Below are positions 7,109 to 15,248 of a DNA stretch of 18,579 nucleotides, in pieces (the first letter of the stretch is position 1; every line of letters begins with the position of its first letter). Both the position numbers and the translations under genes were made by a program. The notes below the pieces were generated by a model. It saw nothing but the letters and a program-made list of their open reading frames with translations. It was not told the DNA's origin and searched no databases. Origin of the DNA: Chthonomonadales bacterium (lineage in GTDB: Bacteria > Armatimonadota > Chthonomonadetes > Chthonomonadales > Chthonomonadaceae). The stretch spans positions 1 through 18,579 of the forward strand of contig JBBQPO010000108.1 in assembly GCA_038217285.1 (NCBI GenBank), in the 5' to 3' direction.

Positions 7109-10100
7109 TTATTTCGAAGCGGGCTTTGTGTCCGGCAGGGCGAAGGCGATGTAGGCATCGCCGCTTTTGGTGCGTAGTTTGCCGCCGCCACCGGCCGCGA
7201 TGACGACATACTGCCGACCGTTTACTCGATACGTGGAAGGCGTGGCGTAGCCTCCGTTCGGAAGCTTGAACTCCCAGAGCAGACGGCCCGTCGCCTTGTC
7301 GAAGACGTGAAACTTCTCGTCTTTGGTGCCTCCGATGAAGACCAACCCGCCCGCCGTGACGACAGTGCCGCCGAAGTTCTCGGTACCGGTCTGCGGGACG
7401 CCTTTGGCGGTCAGCTCGGGATATTCGCCCAGACGTATCTGCCAGGCGAAGGTGCCGGTGTTCAGGTCGATGGCAGTCAGGCTCCCCCACGGCGGCTTGT
7501 TGCCGGGATAGCCGAGCTGGTCGTTGAAGTAGGTGTAGCCGCCGAAATCGTAGCCCCCGGCGGCATTGGGCCGGATTACGGAGATATAGGCAACGTTATT
7601 GGAGTTGACGTAGAGCAGGCCCGTTGTCGGATCGAAGGAACCGCCGCTCCAGTTGGCGCCACCGTGGAAACCCGGAGAGACGACGGTTCCCATCGTCGTC
7701 GGCGGGGTGTAGGGCTGACCGTACCGCAGACCGCGCAGCATCTGCGCGACATAGTCATGCGATTCCGGGGAGATGTCGGTGATCTGGTCTGCGGTGAAAT
7801 AGCCGCGTGAGAACGGCGGCGGTCTGACCGGTTCGGGCTGCGTCGGGTGCGCCTGCTCGCCGGGAATGTCCGAGGGCGTTGAAGGCTTCTCCACGACATC
7901 GAAGAGGGGCTTGCCGGTCAGGCGGTCGAAGAGGTAGCAGAAGCCGGTCTTGGTGAGCTGCGCGACCGCTTCGACTCGTTTGCCGTTGTGCAGAACGGTG
8001 ACGACGATGGGCGGACAGGGGTTGTCGTGGTCCCACAGGTCGTGATGGACCGCCTGGAAGTGCCAGAGGCGTTTGCCGGTGCGGGCATCGAGGGCGATAG
8101 TGCAGTTGGCGAACAGGTTCGCGCCTTTACGATCCGCACCGTAGAAGTCAGACGCGGCGGAGCCCAGTCCGGCGAAGAGAATGCCGTGTTTATCGTCGAG
8201 CGTATAGCCGGACCAGGCGTTGACGCCGGTGCGATCTTTCCAGCCGTCGCCCTCCCAGGTTTCGCTGCCGACCTCACCCGGCCGTGCGACCGTGTGGAAC
8301 CGCCAGACCTCCTTCCCGGTGCGGACATCGAAGGCGCGCACATCGCCCGGCGCGCCGGGCTGCCCTTCGGAAACCAGAAAGCCGGTGTAGACCAGGTTCT
8401 CGAAGACGGCAGGCGCGGAGGTGACGCCGTAGGCCGTGCCGCGAATATCGCGCTCGATCCCGATCCGTAGGTCCAGGATGCCGTTCTTGCCAAAGGCAGG
8501 GTCGGGTATGCCCGTATGCGCGTCGAGGGAGAAGAGGCGACCGTCCGGCGTTCCCATCAGGATACGGCGTTGGCCCTTCGGCTTGCCGTCCGTCCAGTAG
8601 GCGACACCGCGGTTGACGCCACCGGAATGCGTGCTGTATTTCCAGATCTCGCGCCCGGTCGCGGCGTCGAGCGCGACGATTTTGAGGTCGGCCGTCGTCA
8701 CGTACATCACGCCGTCCACGACGACCGGCGTACACTCGATGGTGCTGCCGGGCGAGGCGCCTCCGCCGTGGTAGGTCCAGGCGACTTCAAGCCGTGCGAC
8801 ATTGCTCCGGTCGATCTGATTTAGCGTCGAGAAACGCATCCCGCCCTTGTCGTTGCCGACATTGAGCCAGTCCAGAGAAGTGCGCCTGTCCACGACCGGC
8901 AGCGGCCCGGCAGGGGTCGGATTCTGCTCGGCGACGACGGCAGTCTCACCCCGGCGTCGGGCCGGGTTGTTCAGGCGTCCCATATCCGCATAACGCCCCT
9001 GCTCCAGAGCGTCGAAGCGCCAGAGTCCTAACGAGGCGTCTTCCAGAGGGAGGGGGGCGACTGGTACTGCTTTGATGTCGAGCGCCGACTGAGAGATTCG
9101 CACGTCGTCGATCAGGCCATCACAGCCGATCTCGCCGGAGACCAGACTGCCGAACGCCAGTTCACCGGGCTGCGAGGTACCGACGTTCGCGACAATCGCC
9201 TGATCCACGGCCTGCCTGCCGTCTACATAGAGACGCACACGACCGGCCGTGTAGACCATCGCCAGGTGGTGCCAGTGGTCGTCGCAGACATCGAAGCCGG
9301 AACGGACATGGTCCGGTGTCACGCCTGGCATATAGACCGTAAACTGCCCGGTCTGTGCGAAGGTAAACATCTCCCAATGGGTGCTGGAGCTCTTGTCTTC
9401 ATTCGCGACCAGGATGTTGAAGTTGGTCTTCGAGTGTATTTTGGCCCAGCACTCGACCGTGAGCGGGGGAGTGCGGTAGGCCACGCGGCCCGGCGCGAAC
9501 GCCCCACCGACGCGGGCGTCGAGGGCTTTCCCGAACCGTCCTTCCGCCAGAGGCTCTCCGGTCACTTTCGCCTGATTTTTCGCCGTCTGGAGCGACTGTT
9601 CGACGGTCCACTGGCTGCCCACTCGGAAGGGCGCGTTGGTGACCAATGCTATGGGCGGATCGAAGCTGAGCCGGTCGAGGCGTGCGGCCCAGGCTGCCCC
9701 TCGCCGGATCAGCGCCCCTGCGCTGCGCACCGCTGGCCCATCGTGCCCGAGCATCGTCTGAAAGATTCGCCCCTTCCCATAGAGATAGGTCCAGGCCAGT
9801 GGTTCGTCCTGGCCGGTCACTTTGGAGTGTGCGGTAACCAGGGGCACAATGGGCTGATCCCCGACCTGCTTGAAGTAGAGTTCGTCCGTGGTGTCGAACG
9901 CCTTCAGTCCGGCGGTGATGGGATCCTTCGTTGGGGCAACATCGACATGAAATGGGCCGTAGGGGTCGTGACCGCTCGGCAGGTCATGCATCCAGGCGCG
10001 GCGGACGATGCGGGTCCGATACTCTTTCCACTCCGACTCTTTGTTGGGCAGGGTGTAGTTGAAAGCGCCGTTGGCGAAATGAATGATCGCCAGGCCGCCG

Positions 10101-11203
10101 CCGTTTTCCAGGTAGCGGACAAATCCGGCCTTCGCCGCCTCGCTCAGACCGGGGCGATCCCAGTTGTTGTAGTTCATGACAAGCAGATCGTAGCCCGCGA
10201 TTTTGGGCGTCACAAGGTCTTCGATCTGTTCGGTGACATCGACCTGGAGGCGTGGATCCTGTTCGAGCGTCTGAATCAGGGCGGCGGTCAACTGCCGCCA
10301 GTCGTGGCCGGGATGATGGTAACCGGTCAGGATCAACGCTTTCACCGGCTGTTCCAGCCGCGAATCGACTCCGCCCGCTGGTACCTCGACGCCCGCCGTC
10401 CAGACGATAGCGTTCAGGATCAGACGCCGATAGTCGGGCAGCCACCAGTTTTTGAAGAAGTGTCCGCCGGTGTAGCCGAAGCCGCGCCCGCCATCCTTAC
10501 GCTGAACCGCCCAGCCCACCGGATAGTCGGTCGATTCGTTCGGCGGACGGCTGAGCAGAATCGGAGTCACCCGCGCATCGTCGGGCTGGAAGCGAATCTT
10601 ATAGTAGAACTCCTCTTCCACGGTAAAGGGCTTGACGCCGCGCAGTATCGGACTTGTAGCCGCGCCGAGCGTAACGGGAGCCGTATAGGTCTGAATGGCG
10701 GAGTACCAGTGGTTGGGCGCCGTTCCGGTTTCGTAATCGAAATAGCCGCCGACCCAGTCGGTGATCTGGGCCTGGAACCGGCTCGGGGCGAAGGTAGACC
10801 AGTGGAACTCCATCAAACCGCAGCCACGGCGCATTTGCCGCTCGATCACCTTCAGCCGGTCACCCACATAGAGCGGATGGTCGGCCTCATTGCGGTCGCT
10901 GCCATCGGTGACGAAGACGATGGTGTCGGCATCGTCGAGAGTGCGTTCGTCTTCGGGCCAGCCGTGAAAGCAGGCCTCCGTCCGCACGTTTTTGAGATTC
11001 GGGGCGGTGTCGAGCAGGGTCTTGAGCAGGATCACGCTCTTCTCGTATTCGTGCGTCTGCTTGTCGTGTCCGATCATCGACCCAGCGATGAGGACGATCT
11101 TCCGCATTCGCACTGCCGGGGCCGCACTCACCACGCCTGTCGTCAGACTCAGCGTTATCCCTGCCGCCAGCGCCCACATCCAGGTTTTCAAAACCAGGTG
11201 CAT
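7109..11203 (-). CDS. Secreted multidomain protein: two ThuA-like domains, LamG/concanavalin-like domain and PQQ-dependent glucose/quinate dehydrogenase-like domain
   Basis: Signal peptide; ThuA-like 1 (KIVLIAG..GGRGFGYTGGH); ThuA-like 2 (KALILTGYHHPGHDW..GKGRIFQTMLGH); LamG (LTVECW..DDHWHHLAMVY..GLIDDVRIS); PQQ propeller (RFSTLNQIDRSNVARLEVAW, NRGVAYW, HHDLWDHD, GGANWSG, PPWG, GTENFGG, YATPSTY). Confidence 0.88.
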   Translation of the reverse strand: MHLVLKTWMWALAAGITLSLTTGVVSAAPAVRMRKIVLIAGSMIGHDKQTHEYEKSVILLKTLLDTAPNLKNVRTEACFHGWPEDERTLDDADTIVFVTDGSDRNEADHPLYVGDRLKVIERQMRRGCGLMEFHWSTFAPSRFQAQITDWVGGYFDYETGTAPNHWYSAIQTYTAPVTLGAATSPILRGVKPFTVEEEFYYKIRFQPDDARVTPILLSRPPNESTDYPVGWAVQRKDGGRGFGYTGGHFFKNWWLPDYRRLILNAIVWTAGVEVPAGGVDSRLEQPVKALILTGYHHPGHDWRQLTAALIQTLEQDPRLQVDVTEQIEDLVTPKIAGYDLLVMNYNNWDRPGLSEAAKAGFVRYLENGGGLAIIHFANGAFNYTLPNKESEWKEYRTRIVRRAWMHDLPSGHDPYGPFHVDVAPTKDPITAGLKAFDTTDELYFKQVGDQPIVPLVTAHSKVTGQDEPLAWTYLYGKGRIFQTMLGHDGPAVRSAGALIRRGAAWAARLDRLSFDPPIALVTNAPFRVGSQWTVEQSLQTAKNQAKVTGEPLAEGRFGKALDARVGGAFAPGRVAYRTPPLTVECWAKIHSKTNFNILVANEDKSSSTHWEMFTFAQTGQFTVYMPGVTPDHVRSGFDVCDDHWHHLAMVYTAGRVRLYVDGRQAVDQAIVANVGTSQPGELAFGSLVSGEIGCDGLIDDVRISQSALDIKAVPVAPLPLEDASLGLWRFDALEQGRYADMGRLNNPARRRGETAVVAEQNPTPAGPLPVVDRRTSLDWLNVGNDKGGMRFSTLNQIDRSNVARLEVAWTYHGGGASPGSTIECTPVVVDGVMYVTTADLKIVALDAATGREIWKYSTHSGGVNRGVAYWTDGKPKGQRRILMGTPDGRLFSLDAHTGIPDPAFGKNGILDLRIGIERDIRGTAYGVTSAPAVFENLVYTGFLVSEGQPGAPGDVRAFDVRTGKEVWRFHTVARPGEVGSETWEGDGWKDRTGVNAWSGYTLDDKHGILFAGLGSAASDFYGADRKGANLFANCTIALDARTGKRLWHFQAVHHDLWDHDNPCPPIVVTVLHNGKRVEAVAQLTKTGFCYLFDRLTGKPLFDVVEKPSTPSDIPGEQAHPTQPEPVRPPPFSRGYFTADQITDISPESHDYVAQMLRGLRYGQPYTPPTTMGTVVSPGFHGGANWSGGSFDPTTGLLYVNSNNVAYISVIRPNAAGGYDFGGYTYFNDQLGYPGNKPPWGSLTAIDLNTGTFAWQIRLGEYPELTAKGVPQTGTENFGGTVVTAGGLVFIGGTKDEKFHVFDKATGRLLWEFKLPNGGYATPSTYRVNGRQYVVIAAGGGGKLRTKSGDAYIAFALPDTKPASK

Positions 11204-11327
11204 CTTCGCCTCCTCATCCGCCGAAGAGGCCGCGTCGCCTCTCCCACGAACCTGCCCGTTATCGTTCGTGGCATTCTATTCACTATCGCAGCGAAGATTC
11301 CCTGTGCCGTTCGAAGTGTTACTCATT

Positions 11328-11343
11328 TGGCACGATTTGTGCA
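11328..11343 (+). promoter_or_regulatory. Sigma-54 (-24/-12) promoter
   Basis: TGGCACGATTTGTGCA matches TGGCACG-N4-TTGCW with exact GG-N10-GC spacing and one mismatch. It lies about 75 nt upstream of the PEP-CTERM gene. Confidence 0.7.
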
Positions 11344-11416
11344 GTGATAATAATAGACCTGATGCCAGAGCAAAACAGTTCGTTAGGCCTTCTAATGATA
11401 TGCAAAGGAGAACATC

Positions 11417-12160
11417 ATGACGTGCCGCCCATCTGTCCGAAATATGTTTCTATCCGTTTCTATAAGCCTGCTTGGTTTTGTCGGTACTCCACGTCTCGCC
11501 TTCGGTCAGGCCAACCCGCTTCCTTCCGGCAGTACGATTCCCGGCACCTCCTGGCAGGTGCAATACGCTGGTCCGATCTCCCTGTCGTTTGATGCGTCGC
11601 AAAACGGATTTAGTACTAAGGGTACCCTGATCGAGACGACGACGCGCAATAACATCGATCCCCTGACGATCAGTTTCCAGCAGGTGTTCGAGACCTCAAC
11701 GTCGAGTGTTTCCGGGGGTCTGCGCCTGCTTTTTAAGGAGACAGTGACCAACCAGTCGACGAAGGACTGGGCCGGTTATACCATGCAGTTGATCGACAAC
11801 ACTCCAGCCCCGAACAATCCCCCGAGTGATTCGCATCCGCCAGAGCCACATTTTCATCCGAACGATTCCGGAGCGACCTTCCCACCCTTCAATCCTGTAA
11901 ATCTCCCTGATCCCGCCACTACTCTCAACATTGGCGATGGCATCAATAAGGTCGCCATTGGCGGGGACTTCAACGTGACGAGTCTGCTGCTCCACGAGAG
12001 GCAGTTTGCCATCGGCATCATTCCCGACCCCGGACGAAGAACATTCGACCTGGTGGAGACGCCAATCCCGACTCCGGAGCCAGGAGGCGTCGCTCTCGTC
12101 GCCACGCTGGTGCTGGTCGGAAGTGTGTCGCTGCGAAATCGCCGCAGAAAGACCGTCTGA
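11417..12160 (+). CDS. PEP-CTERM sorting domain-containing surface protein
   Basis: AAGGAG RBS, an N-terminal signal-like segment, an S/T/P/N-rich body, and a C-terminal PTPEPGG followed by a hydrophobic helix and RNRRRK. Confidence 0.9.
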   Translation: MTCRPSVRNMFLSVSISLLGFVGTPRLAFGQANPLPSGSTIPGTSWQVQYAGPISLSFDASQNGFSTKGTLIETTTRNNIDPLTISFQQVFETSTSSVSGGLRLLFKETVTNQSTKDWAGYTMQLIDNTPAPNNPPSDSHPPEPHFHPNDSGATFPPFNPVNLPDPATTLNIGDGINKVAIGGDFNVTSLLLHERQFAIGIIPDPGRRTFDLVETPIPTPEPGGVALVATLVLVGSVSLRNRRRKTV

Positions 12161-12361
12161 GCCTGCCGTAAGGTAAGCATGGGAACCGCCCTTGACTGGC
12201 GAGTTCCGCCGCTGATCATGTATGGCATGTCATCAGAGTGGGGAGCAGTCTACCGCTTCCCACTCTATTTTGTGAGAAGCGAGTCTATCAGCGCCGACAC
12301 ACAGGCAGTCTTAAGAAGGCTTAGAACCGAGGGGCGACAAAAACCGACTGACAATGAACCC

Positions 12362-13945
12362 GCTCAGCAATGCCGGGGCGTTCGGCAACGTCGGCTTGTA
12401 GTCTAAACGTCAAATGTCAAGGATCAGCCTTTAAACAGGATCATGGGCCGACTGCAAGATCTATTTGGGCACGGTACACTGCCGCCCTGGTCCTGTGAAT
12501 GACTCAGAACCACCGAAGAATCCAAGCAGCCGGTCTACTATCTGAGACGTACTCGTCATGGGATAGACGAAGAAGAGGCGCTTCTGGACGTGCCACGTCA
12601 GACCTGCCTTCGCTGGCTAAAAGAACTGAAGAGTTATACCCGACTGCCCAAAGAGGAACAAGCGAAGTTTCGAGCGGAGTGCCCCTGTCTCCAGGCATGC
12701 ATTCGCACCGGGGAGGGTTTACTGGACGGTGAATGCCGCCCCCTCGGCGAAGCCTTCGCTGCCCTGGCAGACAGCCAAATGGAGGCGCTTCTGGACCAGA
12801 GCAGCGTTGACCTGCCCAATCTTATTTTTTCTCCGGAAGCTCAGGGGGTCTTAAGAATTCCGTCCACTCCTAACGGGGTACCCAATAGCAGTTCCACGCT
12901 CGGCCAATCTACTTCCGGTGCAATCCTGCGGTTGGAGCGCGAAGGTGAAAGTGAAATGAACAGTGTGTACTTTATGAGCGTCAATCCACATAAAAATGCG
13001 TACTGCACTCGTAGTTTTATCTTCGACACGCAGAGGCAGTTGACAGGGTTGCTGGACACCGAGGAGATGCAACTGCCGCCGACCGCGCAGCAGAGTCCCG
13101 TAGTAGACCTCTTCGCCCATCGGCAAAGCCAGGCGTCCGCCAATCCTTCGTCCATGACGCTGGAAACGGCCTTGCAGTTGATTGCGAAGGAATCGGGCAT
13201 TTCCGTCTACGCGGAGGTGTTTCCCAAATGGCCAATCCAGGTAGACCAGACAAAAGGGACGCCAGAGCAGTTGATTACTCTCCTCTGCGCCAAAGCAGGC
13301 TATCGCTGGCGCAAGGTCGGCAAGGACGTTTTAGTTTACAGTAGGTCCTGGGCCCAGGACCGTCAGGCAAATGTCCCTCAGCCGTTGCTTGATCGGTGGC
13401 TGGCTAACTTCGTTAAGGAACCGCCAAACTATTATCGCTCCACAATTCCGCCTCGGTTGAAGTCAGAAGGGGTCCGAATGTGGAGCAGTAATTCTTGGGA
13501 GTTGCCTAAGTACGGACACCATGGGTTTCCCGATCTGTTAGAGATGGCACGTCTGCGGGATGGACAGGTCAGAAACCTGATCCATTGGATGGATGTTCAA
13601 GCTCCGCTGTCGAATCGCAATTTGGGATGTATGCGTGTGCTGGGAGCGCTCGCGCCTGCTGAACTTCGGTTCGCTTTCGACCCCCAAGGGCAACTTGTGG
13701 GTACACTGGACGGCTCCGTCTTCGCTATTTTGCAGAAGGAGTTCAAGCACATGGTTAGTTTACCCATCCTTGTTAGTTTACCCATCCTTGTTTTCATCCA
13801 ACGCGATCCCGACCAGACCTATCAGGATCAGAATGGAAAGCCTATCGCCCGTAAGAGCACTACAGTAACGCTCCAGGATCAAACAGGCATGATAAAGAGA
13901 TACTCGATCATCGAGCCGTCTGAACGGCCTCATTATAGGCAATAG
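12362..13945 (+). pseudogene. Hypothetical protein with a degraded 5' end; the intact portion is ORF 12590..13945
   Basis: The same frame reads as protein-like upstream of the GTG at 12590 (NVKDQPLNRIMGRLQDLFGHG..WSCE*LRTTEESKQPVYYLRR) across TAA 12404-12406 and TGA 12500-12502. An internal segment LETALQLIAKESGISVYAE resembles STN/secretin-N modules. The 5' boundary is approximate. Confidence 0.5.
13754..13792 (+). repeat. In-frame 18-bp tandem duplication
   Basis: GTTAGTTTACCCATCCTT twice plus GTT, giving VSLPIL-VSLPIL-V. Confidence 0.95.
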
Positions 13946-13983
13946 TCGGCAGAATAACTATGCCGGTGTCACGCACCGATCCA

Positions 13984-14012
13984 GTGCCATGCGATGGGAA
14001 ATGGCGTATAAT
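13984..14012 (+). promoter_or_regulatory. Candidate sigma-70 promoter for the selenoprotein gene
   Basis: GTGCCA (13984-13989), a 17-nt spacer, then TATAAT (14007-14012). Confidence 0.45.
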
Positions 14013-14144
14013 GCAGGCAGGGTTATCTTGGGCGACGCGGATACCCCGATCACAGAACCTGGATCGGCTGTTTGTGCTGCGTCTGCCCTCAGGTTGAAAG
14101 CAAAAGGGGAATCCGGCAGCACACTACCGGGAGGAGTAAATTCT

Positions 14145-15182
14145 ATGCAGAAACGACCGATTTTTCTGGCTTTGCCCTGGCTGTGCGTCGTGGGCGGCGG
14201 ACTGTCGAGTCCTGCCGTGCAGGCGCAGAGTCGGGCCGAGCTCGTCTCGAAGGGCGAACGCTTCGAAATCAAGCAGGTTCTAAAGGCAGAGGGCACGACC
14301 GTGGTCCTGTTCGTGCAGGAGACGAGTGTCATCGAGCAGCAGTTCTTGACCGACCTTAAGACGCAGTTGCCGAAGGACGACAAGGTGATCCTGGATGTGG
14401 TGCGCCTGAAGGCCCTCACGGCGCCAGTGGCTCTGCAATATAGGATCAAAGCGACGCCGACGGCCATCGTCTACGATCGCTTCGGACGGGAGCTTGCCCG
14501 CACCTCGCAGCCGGACGAGATTCGCGCGGGAGTGCGCAAGGGCATGTTGATGGGGCGCATCAAGTGGATCGATGAAGACGATCCCAAAGCGCCAGAAGTC
14601 TACGGAGCGCCTCCGGAGGCGCTGAAACAGGGGATCCCTGGCATTGTGAAGACGATGGCGCTCCGCCCGGAAGCCTACAAGATGTTCAACATCATGTCGC
14701 AAATCCACTTTTCAGACGGCTTCCTGAAGCGGCGGGAGCATGAGATGATCGCCGCCTATGTCTCCTCGCTCAACAAGTGCAAATTTTGACTGGGCTCACA
14801 TGCTGCCGCGTTGCGGGAGCAAAATGTAGACCAGGATCTCGTCGATGCGATCGGCACCGGCGACCTGAGCAAAGTAAAACTGACGCCAAAGGATCAGGCG
14901 CTGCTGACCTACGTCAAACTCTTGACCCTGAACTCCGCGCATACGCAGGACGCGGACGTACAGACGATGCGGGAAGCCGGTTGGACGGACGAACAGATTT
15001 GGGAAGCCTCCTTCGAAGTAGGCATGTTCTCCTTCCTCAATCGAATGTCCGACGCGCACGGCCTCGACTATCCGAAGGGCGGATGGATGCCGCCGCAACT
15101 GCGCGCACAACTGGAGCAGGCAAAGCCGGCACAACCTGAGCAGGCAAAGCCCAAGGAACCAGGAGGCGTCGCCCCACGTTAA
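14145..15182 (+). CDS. Predicted selenoprotein: signal peptide, Cys-less thioredoxin-like domain and AhpD/CMD-like peroxidase-related domain with CxxU (UGA at 14787-14789, codon 215 of 345)
   Basis: GGAGGAG RBS before the ATG at 14145. EMIAAYVSSLNKCKF-TGA-LGSHAAALREQ continues in frame into ORF 14811..15182, which encodes the second half of the AhpD-like fold (LTPKDQALL..AGWTDEQIWE..FSFLNRMSDAHG). A stem-loop follows the UGA directly. Confidence 0.88.
14790..14834 (+). promoter_or_regulatory. Putative bacterial SECIS element
   Basis: By-eye fold: CTGG/CCAG, TC/GA, ACAT/ATGT, GCT/AGC, a G.G mismatch, then CCGC/GCGG closing a GTT loop (14810-14812). The loop starts with G and begins 20 nt after the UGA. 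Confidence 0.65.
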
Positions 15183-15248
15183 GGCGGGAAACTCGTTGAT
15201 GGCGCAGACCGACGCCATCGTGAACCAGGCGTTCCAGGAGGTGTTGGC

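Noticed and set aside
9266-11347. 693-aa plus-strand ORF and other long antisense ORFs (4783..5739, 5824..7083, 14796..16055, 17133..18545)
   Set aside because: Shadow ORFs opposite well-supported genes in high-GC DNA, with no recognisable motifs.
12500-12502. Second possible Sec codon (SCE-TGA-LRT)
   Set aside because: No CxxU/UxxC context, no convincing downstream hairpin, and a nearby in-frame TAA indicates decay.
13989-14144. 52-aa N-terminal extension of the selenoprotein ORF
   Set aside because: A strong GGAGGAG RBS and a signal peptide favour the ATG at 14145, and a candidate promoter lies within the extension.
14787-14789. Genome-wide UGA reassignment (genetic code 4 or 25) as the explanation for readthrough
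   Set aside because: Other genes here end at TGA at their expected C-termini (ABC permease at 2031, PEP-CTERM at 12160), and Trp is encoded by TGG throughout.
15114-15151. GAGCAGGCAAAGCC repeated twice (EQAKP x2)
   Set aside because: A short duplication in a low-complexity C-terminal tail with no evident functional signal.
14811-15182. Stand-alone 123-aa gene starting at TTG
   Set aside because: It has no RBS, the TTG lies inside the SECIS-like hairpin, and it encodes only the second half of an AhpD fold. Readthrough explains it better.
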